64,000 nt of DNA from Epithemia pelagica (GCA_946965045.2 OX337237.1:992001-1056000), one strand, 5' to 3'. Positions 1-10,165 are shown, counted from the stretch's first letter. Program-made: numbers and translations. The notes: generated by a model not told the origin, from the letters alone.

Positions 1-222
1 CCCCTAGGTAGATAGCCCCATTCCTAGGGCATGCCCTTGCTCATTCTACGGAAAAACCAAGATCTCATGCAAAATGAGTGCACTTCGTGCTTGTATTCGC
101 TCCTGGGAATGCCCATGGTCATTTTGACAGCAATGGGCACAGGGGTATCGTGCCCAACTTGCCCATGACCGCGGGCATTCCACGTGCCACATTCCCCCAA
201 CACTACAAGAGGTGCAGCCCAT

Positions 223-527
223 AATGAACTCATTGAGATGCAGGGCTTACTTGTATTTCGAAATCCAGAATCCCCGAGTGAAACGCTGTAACCTCTTGGG
301 CACAGGGCAAAGCGATTTCACGACTACGACCACAAGACGGCAAGACCGGACGTTCAAAAGAGTCGGTCAACAGAGCCAAGAGCTGCAATCACCAAAAAAT
401 CAGCAATCACCACCTTTCATCCAATGAACAATGAACTCGTTGAGATGCAGGGCTTATTTGTAATCTGAAATCCGGAACCCCCAAGTGAAACGCTGTAACC
501 TCTTGGGCACAGGGCAATAATCTCGAA
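223..527. repeat. Imperfect direct repeat (~207-bp period); blocks recur in permuted order at 9941-10165
   Basis: aatgaactc(a/g)ttgagatgcagggctta...gaaacgctgtaacctcttgggcacagggcaa occurs at 223-311 and 430-517, and again at ~10006-10090. The flanking blocks (agagccaagagctgcaatcacc..., gcgattt...cacaagacggcaagaccggac) also recur there. Confidence 0.85.
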
Positions 528-1217
528 CATCTCCCTCTCATCTTTCCCCCGTCCTCAAGCATGGTCGTGGTGGTGAGTGGTTGGTCATCGAGCGAGGGCA
601 GAGCGTCTCGTACACGACATGCTCCTACAAATGCTACATGATCACATCATGACGACCATGCCTTGTTATGATACACGATATCTCCAACATTTTTCAAGAG
701 CAATACGACCTCTGCGAACAAAGAAAGCCTCGGTCAGCACTCGGTAAGAGATCGAGCTTTCCTTTTTCCCACACTTCGATAGAGTCATGCGAATGTCACT
801 GGAACATGAAAATAACGACCAAACTTATCCAGCAGATTCCATGACCATTTGCAACTGCGAAACAGATCCGAACGGTTTTTTCTTTGTTTCCCCGGTGTGT
901 CGCTATGATATACTGGAACGTTACGGTACGCGCAAACGGTTCGTATCTTCCTGACCCATCTGCTTCGGTTGGCTTCTCCTGTTGATTGGAGTGCTAATGC
1001 TTGACACTTGACACTACCGCAACCGTTGTCGCTGTGTTGTCAGTTGTCATTCTTCAAAAACACAACATCAAGACTAGGATTTGCTACTCCTAGTAACTAT
1101 GTGACCCCGCACATGACCTAGCTAAAAATAGTTTCCCTGATTCGGAGATTTGTTTGTTGTCTATATCAAGAACATGCAGCCTTCATAATTCGTCCAGGAA
1201 AACTTACATGCACCAAG

Positions 1218-1301
1218 GTGAGTGTAGTCCAGTCTTCTTCATTGCAACCTCACCAGCCCGCTTCCATCTTAGCATCTAACCTCCTGTTTTGCTTGTGACA
1301 G
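1218..1301 (+). other. 5'-UTR spliceosomal intron of dioxygenase copy 1 (84 bp)
   Basis: aag|GTGAGT donor at 1218, CTAAC branch site at 1276-1280, GACAG acceptor ending 1301. An equivalent 84-bp intron is present in copy 2. Confidence 0.7.
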
Positions 1302-1320
1302 GAGACCATCAACAATAACC

Positions 1321-2580
1321 ATGATTTCTCCCATCTGCTCATTCAACGACAAGAACTTGACAAGGATGTCATCCAATCCGTCCTCCAGCACCAAGCTTGC
1401 AGACCCAAAGAAGGATGAAACGTTTGCAGCTAGTTCATCGACAGAAACAAGCATGAGTTTGCATGGCCTCTTGCAATATCGAGGTGGTAGCAATCGTTCT
1501 AAACCGAATGCCAGAACACCAACGCTTCGCAAACGCCTCAGTGCTCTCAAGTCGAGCGATCTAGGGGTGGGATGGGCCAATGTCCTCGTCTCCCTTCTCT
1601 TGTTGTGTATTGTTACGAACCTTGAGTTCACGGTGGTTTACAAGTGGTCCTCAGGAGAACAACAAAATGTCCCTTCACTAGTAGGAATCCCGTCATGGAC
1701 TGAACATTTCTTGGGTCAGGCACAAGATGTCTTTTTCGATCCGTTTCATGTCTTACATCAACCCACCACGAATGATGCCGACCAAGATGCAGTGTTGAGA
1801 AAAAGTCTGCTTTCATACCGTGAACGTGCCGCACTACTCAAGTTTGAACCAGATCTTGGTGTGGACCCCTCTTCGGAACATTTCACCAAGCGAACCAAAA
1901 GTATTGCTTTCATGATCAAGCTGGATGGCCAGTGGTTCCAGTTGAACCAAAACTTTTTTAATCAAAACGCTGACTATAATGACTTTTCAGGAGGCTACAA
2001 ACGATTCTACGATACTCTTCCGCCTGAGTTTGTGCGTGAACCAGCCACAATCAAACTCATGGATGCCTTTCAAGCCAAATACAACCTTCCTGATGGCGAG
2101 TTGATTCTATTGCAAATGCAAACCAGTTGGGTCTTTCCGGGAGACGAAGATCGGTGCTTGACCGGACAAGGTATTCATACCGATGGGGCCGATCGGGCCA
2201 TGTTGGTTGTGTTGAATCGAGACAATATTGAAGGTGGTCGGAATGCCATATATAAAGATGTTCATGGCCAAAATGCGGTCATCAAGCCGTTTGTACTCAA
2301 GGAAGGTGACTCTCTTTTCTGGAAGGACAATCAGGTCTTTCACCATGTGGAACCGGCACAAGTTAAGGATACTTCCAATGTGGAAGGCCCGAGTGGTACT
2401 CGAACTGTCATTATTGCGCACTATCCGGCTATGCACTACATTACGGGTCACCAGAACTGGAACAATCGTCTTGTTTACGAGCAGGAGAGCATGGTAGGCA
2501 ACACCACGGATGATGACGAGTCAGTGGGCGTGGTCACGAAAGCTTTGGAGAGTTTTTATTCTTGGACCAAAGCGTTCTAA
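1321..2580 (+). CDS. 2OG-Fe(II) dioxygenase (PF10014/2OG-Fe_Oxy_2-like) with N-terminal membrane anchor, copy 1
   Basis: 419-aa ORF; HTDG (HxD) motif, NIEGGRN, distal FHHVEP His, RTVII (2OG-binding Arg); hydrophobic segment WANVLVSLLLLCIVTNLEFTVVY. Confidence 0.85.
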   Translation: MISPICSFNDKNLTRMSSNPSSSTKLADPKKDETFAASSSTETSMSLHGLLQYRGGSNRSKPNARTPTLRKRLSALKSSDLGVGWANVLVSLLLLCIVTNLEFTVVYKWSSGEQQNVPSLVGIPSWTEHFLGQAQDVFFDPFHVLHQPTTNDADQDAVLRKSLLSYRERAALLKFEPDLGVDPSSEHFTKRTKSIAFMIKLDGQWFQLNQNFFNQNADYNDFSGGYKRFYDTLPPEFVREPATIKLMDAFQAKYNLPDGELILLQMQTSWVFPGDEDRCLTGQGIHTDGADRAMLVVLNRDNIEGGRNAIYKDVHGQNAVIKPFVLKEGDSLFWKDNQVFHHVEPAQVKDTSNVEGPSGTRTVIIAHYPAMHYITGHQNWNNRLVYEQESMVGNTTDDDESVGVVTKALESFYSWTKAF

Positions 2581-3399
2581 GTGATAGACCGGACGAAGAT
2601 CCTTGACAGAAGGATAAGTTTTTGAAAAATTGAGCAAGAAATTGAAAACTAACCGATTCCTACATAGTTAATGCGCGTTTTAGAATAATGGACTTATTGT
2701 TTTGTCATTCTAATTCTAGGCCAAATAATTGTTGGTAGTCCAATAGGCATAGCCATCATATCAGAATGTACGCTCTAGCATTATTATAGGCTGAAAGCGG
2801 TCGCGAAAGCAATGAAGTAGTATTGCGTTTTATGGCGAAAGATATCACAATAACGCTAGAGACTCTTTTGAAAAAATCTCTCATTCACGATGAGATGATC
2901 GTTTGTGCTTATGGTCTGGATGCGTCCTGGCAAGAACGAGGAAATGCTGTCGTTCAAAGTCTACAAGGTGATTCAACTACTTTTCCAGTCAAAAGTCTCT
3001 TTTTGGTGGTTTTCCTTCGCTCACTGCTCTACAATCTTGGGCCGTTCGAGGCATGATGGTCTAATTCCTTGAACCAGCACAAGCTTTTTATTCATCATGA
3101 CTGGGATGGTTGCGATGCAAGTATGTTCCGTTAAACTGTTTAAGGGCGCCTAGAATTGACATCGTTGGCCTAGAGCCTACAGCAGTTTGGTTGCGGAACC
3201 TTTTTTTGTTATACGGAGTGACCTTAAGGTTGGTGAAGACTTTTTGTCTCGCGAGAAAAAAAAACTGCGAACGAGTCATATACTAGCTTGAAATTTGCGG
3301 AGGGTTTTTGCTGCAACTTGATATTCTGAGGAAATCGAAGTAGACACTAGACACATCAAGCAATGACGGAGTATCAAGGTTACTAGGTAGAGTGAGAAA

Positions 3400-6300
3400 T
3401 GACCCTTCGACGTGTTTTCAACTCATGTGCCTGTAATCTCGTCGTATCCTTTTGGGAAAATAGGGGGGGAGAAGGCAGAGGAGAGGGGGAGAGGAGGGGG
3501 AGAGAGAAGGAGAGAAGAAGGAGATTCCGTAAGTCAGATTCCTTCATGAAATCGATCCGCGTATTGCTCGCAGTCTCACGTTTGTTTCCTCTGACGTATG
3601 AAATGTTCTAGGAAGCTCCAAGCTTCCCTCAGAGGGGAGAAGGCACTTCCCCTCCAAAACGATTAAGCCCTTCATGTCGTTTCAGCACCTTTTTGTTATT
3701 GAAACGACATTCTACACTGGTACAATCCTCCCGACCATCCGATGACCTTTCACGTGGTTCTACGTAGCATGTGATGAGGCGTATCCAGTCTGTGCTTCGC
3801 ATCACGATCGGAACTGCTTGCACCTCGCACAAGATCTTGACATAATTTTTTTTGCTACGATGTTACTCACTACGAATTTTTCTTTTTGTTGTTTGTCATG
3901 CAGGTATTCAGGTCAATCAAGAGAATGAAGATGGTGCCTTGTTCAAGGCTCGTTTGGGGCAGCGTCGGTCATGGGGTGGACGTCCTTTCCCTCGTTCTAC
4001 GCAGTACTTCATGTACTTGACGCAACAGAACTGGGTTTGGACACGAGGTGGTGGTCCGAAGGGAGGAAAGGTGGGCATACATTGCGGGACGGATTGAAGA
4101 CCACCCCAGCCATGGGGATTGCTGTGGAATGCAAAGGGGTATTGCTGTTGATCGGGGAGTGTTGTTGGCCGTTGCTGATTTTGCTTGTACGGGTTGACAG
4201 GTTGGTTTTTCTGTCTTGTTGTCGTTGTTGTTGTTGCCGATTGCAGTACCACCAACCCATTTGCTGTTGTTGCCATTGCAGGTGTGCTGTTTGCTGCATT
4301 TTGAGGCTCTTTGTGTTGTTGTTGTTGATCCTGCACTGTCGCTGCTGATTGATTTGTTGCTGCCATCGTTGTTGTTGGTAAGGCTTCGCTGTTGTTTGTA
4401 ACCTTTTGCTTTTTGTTGCTGGTGTTGTTCTCATCCAAATCGTCGCTCTCTTTTTCTTCTCCCTCTCTTTCCTTTCTCTTATTGCTACTGATTGCCTGTG
4501 CTTGTGCTGTTTCTTGTTGTTGTGTCTGTTGTTGTGTTTCTTGCCGTGTCTGTTGTTGTGTTTCTGGCTGTGTCTGTGGTTGTTGTATTTGTTGGATTTC
4601 ATCTTCGACCTCTGACTCCTCCTCTGCCAAACCCAACAATGGAATGGACGTGTCATGCGGCAACCTCTTCTTGTTGCTCGCACATTTTTGGCACTGGCAT
4701 CGATCGTTGAGTGGATGCTTTGGAACTTGTTGCGTGATTTCTTTTCTCGTTTCCAGGTACTCGGAGAAAAACCGTTCTCCCGTATCTTCTGGAAGCTTCT
4801 CAACCTCTGGAAAGGGAGGACGAGAAGCTCCAGACATCGAGGCAAGTATATTGATCATGTTTGTTTTGCATGCGTTACCAAAACTCACCACCATTTCCCA
4901 TCCTGCAGGCACCACTGAACGTTCTTCTTGAGACTTCGTCATGATTCTCATCTTGTGACGAATTGCCCTGTTATACTGGGCCGTGCCTGCCAAATTCAAA
5001 GCATCTGCGAGAGTTTCTCGCATGCCACAGTTGGCAAAATGCGTCAAATTGTCATGAAAGCTCTCGAGCTTACTCTCTCCTCTCAAAGGTACGTACTCCA
5101 CCAGCTGGTTGCTTGATCTTGGTGATGGAGGTATCTCACGATACATTTTCTCCACGGGCAAGGGATCAGCAAGGAACTTTGCCTTCTCTTTACAGTTTTC
5201 CAGTGCTTGATGTGTTTCGGCCGTAAAAAGAGGTTGATTGGAGTGTGGATCCAATCGGCCTCGTGCTGGTGGCTTGCCAGGAGTGGAAGTGCACTTGTAT
5301 TTGCACTTCCACTCCTCCAAGTTGAGGACAATCGTATCGCCACCCCGAATAATCTTGCGTAAGTGCTTTGAGTACCTCTGTCGAAAGGTCTTTGTTCCCA
5401 TCATTTCACTGATCTCTTCGTCTGTGTATTGTTTCTTGGAGCTTGACATGGTTCCATTTTTCAAAGAACCAACAAGTTTCTCCAAGTCTTCAGGATGGTA
5501 CTCGTAGATTGCATCCAACAAATCCTTCATGGCTATCCCAAAGTCAATGTGCCGTTGTCTGAGCGTCTTTGTGATCCTCTGTATGAAATGGAAAAGGCCA
5601 AGACGGCCCTCCAAGTCATCAACCAACAACAACCAAAAATCCTTGCCACAAGGCCATGTGTCAGAGTACATCGCCTTGGGGCAAAACCCGGTACGTCTCA
5701 GCACTTGTTCCGCAGCATGTGCAAACTCGAGTGCTGATGTGTCGTGCACTAACACTGCACAAGCAATTTCTCCTGCCTCTGTTACCATGGTCCACATTGC
5801 AGCTGCATTGAGGCGTCTTGGATAATTTTTCACTACCTGGTGGGTGTGGTCGTGAGCAAACATGTGCTGGCATCTAACCCCTTGAATCTCTCTTGTGTTT
5901 CTCTCATTGTCCGACACCATCCAGGGTTGCCATTCGGAGCTAGCTCCATCATCATATAGCTGGCGGATTGTCTCGCCTAAAGGTGGGTAGCGAACCAGAA
6001 ACTCACCATCCTTTTGCACGTAGTCTTCTGATTCTTTTCCTGTAGCAGCACAATAAGAATAGTATCTCATTGTCTTGTCTTCATAGTAGGTGTTGATTCC
6101 TTCATATAGCATCCGACTGATGTAATCCCCATTGCCATAGGTTACCATTGATGCTTCCATAATCCTCGTAGCATCTTTAGCTAGATGCGATGTTCCTCTA
6201 GCATACTTGGATTCCACTGGGTAACACATAGCCATGTAGGGAGGCAGTCGTGCGAGCAATTCTCCATCATTCGCATAGAAGGCAGCCGAGCACCCGGCAC

Positions 6301-7600
6301 ACTTGTATCCCATAAGTATTGCATACTTTGGGGGACCAGACATGGCGAAAATGGGGAAAAGGGACTTGTTTTTTGAAAAGTTCGATCGCGTACGCTGGAG
6401 ATTACCCCGGCAACGAGGACAACGCAAGTGGTGACTGGGGAAAAACAGCTCCCAATCAACAACCAGGAGTTCCTGTCCCACAATCGAGTCGTACAAAGCA
6501 CTCGTGTTGTCGGCAATGGGGGGTACAGTAACGGTAATATTAGTGAAGAAAGGTTTCAAATTCTCAACACAACGCTTAGAACCAAGGCACGTGTCGGTCA
6601 CATAACTCGCCAACGCATGCACAGCACGTGGGACATGCACCTCCGTAGGTACTGCTGTCACACGCATAATTACCTCAAACTTGAAATCTTCGGCTGTTGG
6701 AACATACACGCCTTCCTCGCCACCAACGGTAGAACTTTCCGTTGCCGTAGTCTCCGTAGTTGATTGTGTTTTTTCATTTTCAGCGTCTCTTGTCGTTGCT
6801 TTTTTCGACGAGCAATTTGGACGATGCTCCATGAAAGTGTTGAGTGCCTCCTGTGTGACATTGGAGGCGGACAATCTCTCTGCACTGGTAAGTTGCTTGC
6901 GGATTGCTTTGGCATGGGCAGCCTGGGCCTTTTCTGAGGCCACTACCTCTGCTCCTCTTCCATCGTTCATTCCCTTGCCCCTTGTTGTTGTGTTTTTGCT
7001 GCATCTGGGGTGGTGAGGGCGATGAGGGATGGCCATTCCTCTTGCCTTGGCCCTGCAGATGGGGCAGTCGATGTCGGACTCAAAGATGACCGAAAGGTCC
7101 ATCTTTCTCCAACCTGAACGCTTCTTCCAACTCTTCTTTGGCCAACGAGAGTATTGATTTCCGTATCGTTGCGACTGTGGCCCCATGGCCTTGGCCGCTG
7201 TGAATTGTGCTGCAGAACTCATGATCTCTATTTGTTATTCTAACTTATTGAAGTGTATCCTCTTTTCCAGGCTTCTGACCATGCTCAAAAGGGTCATGAG
7301 ATGGTCAGAAGAGGACTTGTCGCAATGGTCGACTTGGCCATGCCATGGGCGACCGTGAAGGACCGACCGGATCGGCTGATGGAATCTTCCCTCCATGTTT
7401 TTTGTCCGTGATTCGATGGGTTCCCGGGACACGGTAAGACACTTGTAACGACATTTGTTTCCTAAGTGATTTTTTGTGAAACGACATTTCTAACCCAATC
7501 ATATTGCTGCCTTTTGAAACTAACACCCCTTTTGGTTGGCCAAAGACATGACGAAATAACAGCTATGTGTGTGGCGTCGAGAGACCTATGACGCTCCACT
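3400..7600 (-). mobile_element. Putative DDE DNA transposon (Mutator-like / C(D)xxH-type transposase group); boundaries approximate
   Basis: Contains a 1101-aa transposase-like ORF. The motif GAAACGACAT(T) occurs at both ends (3674-3683 reverse, 3701-3711, 7447-7456 partial, 7478-7488). Weak inverted similarity between ~3405-3470 and ~7520-7590. No TSD identified. Confidence 0.5.
3917..7222 (-). CDS. DDE transposase-like protein with CxxC...CxxC domain (DUF6729-like) and Q/T-rich C-terminus
   Basis: Intact 1101-aa ORF from ATG. LRCPRC...YKCAGC zinc-binding region; candidate catalytic residues in HDHTH (D), YSDTWP (D), RLGLFHFIQRI (xxH) and RGESKLESFH (E). Confidence 0.7.
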   Translation of the reverse strand: MSSAAQFTAAKAMGPQSQRYGNQYSRWPKKSWKKRSGWRKMDLSVIFESDIDCPICRAKARGMAIPHRPHHPRCSKNTTTRGKGMNDGRGAEVVASEKAQAAHAKAIRKQLTSAERLSASNVTQEALNTFMEHRPNCSSKKATTRDAENEKTQSTTETTATESSTVGGEEGVYVPTAEDFKFEVIMRVTAVPTEVHVPRAVHALASYVTDTCLGSKRCVENLKPFFTNITVTVPPIADNTSALYDSIVGQELLVVDWELFFPSHHLRCPRCRGNLQRTRSNFSKNKSLFPIFAMSGPPKYAILMGYKCAGCSAAFYANDGELLARLPPYMAMCYPVESKYARGTSHLAKDATRIMEASMVTYGNGDYISRMLYEGINTYYEDKTMRYYSYCAATGKESEDYVQKDGEFLVRYPPLGETIRQLYDDGASSEWQPWMVSDNERNTREIQGVRCQHMFAHDHTHQVVKNYPRRLNAAAMWTMVTEAGEIACAVLVHDTSALEFAHAAEQVLRRTGFCPKAMYSDTWPCGKDFWLLLVDDLEGRLGLFHFIQRITKTLRQRHIDFGIAMKDLLDAIYEYHPEDLEKLVGSLKNGTMSSSKKQYTDEEISEMMGTKTFRQRYSKHLRKIIRGGDTIVLNLEEWKCKYKCTSTPGKPPARGRLDPHSNQPLFTAETHQALENCKEKAKFLADPLPVEKMYREIPPSPRSSNQLVEYVPLRGESKLESFHDNLTHFANCGMRETLADALNLAGTAQYNRAIRHKMRIMTKSQEERSVVPAGWEMVVSFGNACKTNMINILASMSGASRPPFPEVEKLPEDTGERFFSEYLETRKEITQQVPKHPLNDRCQCQKCASNKKRLPHDTSIPLLGLAEEESEVEDEIQQIQQPQTQPETQQQTRQETQQQTQQQETAQAQAISSNKRKEREGEEKESDDLDENNTSNKKQKVTNNSEALPTTTMAATNQSAATVQDQQQQHKEPQNAANSTPAMATTANGLVVLQSATTTTTTRQKNQPVNPYKQNQQRPTTLPDQQQYPFAFHSNPHGWGGLQSVPQCMPTFPPFGPPPRVQTQFCCVKYMKYCVERGKGRPPHDRRCPKRALNKAPSSFS

Positions 7601-8487
7601 TTCGAACTTGTGAGGATTTTTTTTCCATTTAAACATTGGCCCTTCTCTGAGATGATATGCTTTATTCTGGGGGAGCTTCTCGCATGACCGTGAACCCTTT
7701 CTTGGGTTCTGTTTGGTTTCCGATCTCTATTTTGGGTCTTGGGTGATACTAGCCAGAGGCATAAACCATACGCGTACTCCTACTCCTACTATCCTCCGCA
7801 AGCATAGCCCATAGAGAATAGAGGTAGTTTTTTCGCCAGGTAGGAGTAATTTTTTTATCCTCTCAGCTCTCCTCTCATTGGATGCAATGTTTGGTGACAT
7901 TGCATCAAATGGCGAGAACCATGGCCTGTCATGATGGAAAAGTCAAGAAGACGGTTGCCGTCAAACGATAAGAAGAGATGAATACTTGCGCGTGCTGTTA
8001 TGATGCACTCGCTTGTTTATTTGTCAGACGCCATCGTGGTATGGCTTGAAGGATCGACAGCCATCTAGTTACCAGGCATTCGAGAGAACCAGACTCGAGT
8101 CCCTTCGTTTGCTTCAAGTTCGTATTTCGGTCACAAAGCATAAGAAAGACTTGCAGCGAAGAGATGCAGCCGAGTCGGTCCTCAACTGCTTATTCCCCCG
8201 CCATTATATTTCGTCTGCCATTGACCCATATGGATATGCTGTATTAGATTTTGGTATCAGCCCTTGACCATGACGATCGAGACGCAGAATGTGATTCGAA
8301 AAATATCCAATTGCTATCAAGGTTCTATCCTTACATACTTGTGTGCCATGAAGAAAACGGAGTCGGTACTTTGTTTTCATGTTCCGATCGTGGTGAAGTG
8401 TTTCGGTTGATCTATTCCGCTGGTGTGTACAACGAGCCACATGGAACTGTGTTGTGTACCATCAAAAACCCAGACTCATGTTGTGAT

Positions 8488-9639
8488 CTAGTTGGGATTG
8501 TATAACTGATGACCGCAGGGGACTGTCTTCCTCACCATCTTTTTGTAGGCGTTCTTGAATTCAGTAAAGAATAACTGTTCATTCTGAGCAAACTGAACAG
8601 CAGCTTGGAACATTTGGCCATTATTGCGGAACTTGCAGGGGAAGGGAGTGAAACCGGGGGGAAGGGGACCACCCCCCGGAAATGGTCCTCCATTAAGGAG
8701 ATTACAAACGGACTTATCAAAGTTCTTGGTGGGCAAGTTGCTAACACCACCAAAGACATTACATTCCTCCAGGTTTGTAAAGGCCAAAATAGTATCAGTG
8801 TTCAAGAAAGTGACGTCGCCAAACCTGGGGTCGATTATCCACTCGGTCAGTTCCTGATTATTAAACTGTTTGGTGACCTTGAGCCAAGGGATGCAGAATT
8901 TGGCCGTGAAGTACATGTTGCTGAAGGTGCCGGCGTCCTTTTCAAGAACCCAAGTTCCGTCATAGCCAGTGTTATCTGGATTGAGTCGTCCGAGGGTATG
9001 CGCACCCATGAGAGCAACCATGTTTCGAGTGCTGAGCCCAAGCCGGTCGGCAAGATCATTAAATGTGTTCTCGGCGTCTCCCGGGGCTTCGGCTGATGGG
9101 AAGACGTCTGCCTCACACTCACAAGGCACGTCGATTCGCCCAAGTTTAATTTGGATGTCAGGACCACCAGTCGCTCGGACGGCGACAGTCCCTCCAATGG
9201 CAAACAAATCAGCCATGGAGATTGTCTTGCCCGTTCGATCGAGCACCTCGGTCTGGACAGTCTTCAGGAACTCAATGGAGTTTTCGAGACCAAAATTCGC
9301 TGGCAGATTTGTGTCCACGCAACCATTGGCACCGCTCAAAGGCATCGTTGGGTCCCCGTTGAAAGGTGCAACGTCATGAAAGGCAGCGCGGAGAAGTTCC
9401 CCTGCAGAATCCGCAATTGATCCAGAAAAACTTCTGCGGTCCTTTTTGATTTCGTCAATAATAATTTGCGAGATTTCCTGTGCTTCGTCGCGGGTGAATC
9501 TCTCTTGGTTGTTGTTGGCCGCATATGCTTCGCATGTGCACTGGTTGCTCAACTTCCTCAAGGAGGAGGTCGTGTTCTTGGAGCTCTCATTGACGGAAAG
9601 TCCAGGTGCATGTGTGGAGCTGTAAGCTCGGATCTGCAA
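8488..9639 (-). CDS. Class I-type heme peroxidase (ascorbate/cytochrome c peroxidase family, APx-R-like); 5' end uncertain
   Basis: Distal LLRAAFHD, proximal ALMGAHTLGR, GYDGTW, FSNMYF, FLNTDT. The ORF-track start is TTG next to a ttgcag acceptor, so an upstream exon is likely (GTAAGT donor near 9734). Confidence 0.85.
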   Translation of the reverse strand: MQIRAYSSTHAPGLSVNESSKNTTSSLRKLSNQCTCEAYAANNNQERFTRDEAQEISQIIIDEIKKDRRSFSGSIADSAGELLRAAFHDVAPFNGDPTMPLSGANGCVDTNLPANFGLENSIEFLKTVQTEVLDRTGKTISMADLFAIGGTVAVRATGGPDIQIKLGRIDVPCECEADVFPSAEAPGDAENTFNDLADRLGLSTRNMVALMGAHTLGRLNPDNTGYDGTWVLEKDAGTFSNMYFTAKFCIPWLKVTKQFNNQELTEWIIDPRFGDVTFLNTDTILAFTNLEECNVFGGVSNLPTKNFDKSVCNLLNGGPFPGGGPLPPGFTPFPCKFRNNGQMFQAAVQFAQNEQLFFTEFKNAYKKMVRKTVPCGHQLYNPN

Positions 9640-9940
9640 CCAAGCAAAGGATTATTTTTGGTTTGGATGGGAGGCGTCTCCGCGGCGTCCGTCCGCAGAA
9701 CCGATGACCGATGACACATACAACTCCGACTTACTGACAAACTCTTAATAGAGCCCTGGTCACGCACATGACAGTTTGATTTCCGACTTCCTTATGACTT
9801 ACGAGTACGAGTACTACTCGTACCTCGTACTCGTATGTACTCGTAGCTAAAAACGAGCACTCGTATGACATTTACCAATGACCGGAGAAGCACGATCATT
9901 AAAAGTTTCAAGTGTGACCATTGGATGACCAAGAGAGAAG

Positions 9941-10165
9941 AGAGCCAAGAGCTGCAATCACCAAAAAATCACCAATCACCACTCACCACCTTTCATCCAA
10001 TGAAAAATGAACTCGTTGAGATGCAGGGCTTATTTGTAATCTGAAATCCGGAACCCCCAAGTGAAACGCTGTAACCTCTTGGGCACAGGGTAATAATCTC
10101 GAAAGCGATTTTAACACTACGACCACAAGACGGCAAGACCGGACATTCAAAAGTCGGTCAACAGA
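9941..10165. repeat. Permuted copy of the 223-527 repeat blocks
   Basis: Same three blocks as at 223-527, in order Z-X-Y rather than X-Y-Z-X. Confidence 0.8.

Larger units (their letters stand above)
1050..3130 (+). repeat. Segmental duplication, copy 1 (dioxygenase gene + HemK promoter and first codons)
   Basis: Colinear similarity to ~10410-12490; 2044-2734 matches 11359-12049 with no difference seen (offset 9315). Similarity ends just after atgactgggatggttgcgatgcaagt at 3097-3122. Confidence 0.9.

Noticed and set aside
24-233. RCC1-like repeat in short ORF (TWNARGHGQVGHD)
   Set aside because: Single degenerate match in a 69-aa ORF overlapping repeat sequence; insufficient support.
3971-4931. 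Several 60-280-aa ORFs rich in Cys/Leu/Val or Asn/His
   Set aside because: Alternate-frame or antisense shadows of the Q/T-rich transposase C-terminus.
3294-7801. 9-bp inverted match ttgcggagg / cctccgcaa as transposon TIR
   Set aside because: Too short, does not extend, and no TSD.
7900-8480. Short + strand ORFs (8013-8267, 8251-8505) as a gene
   Set aside because: No recognisable motif and interrupted frames; may be a relic but cannot be supported.
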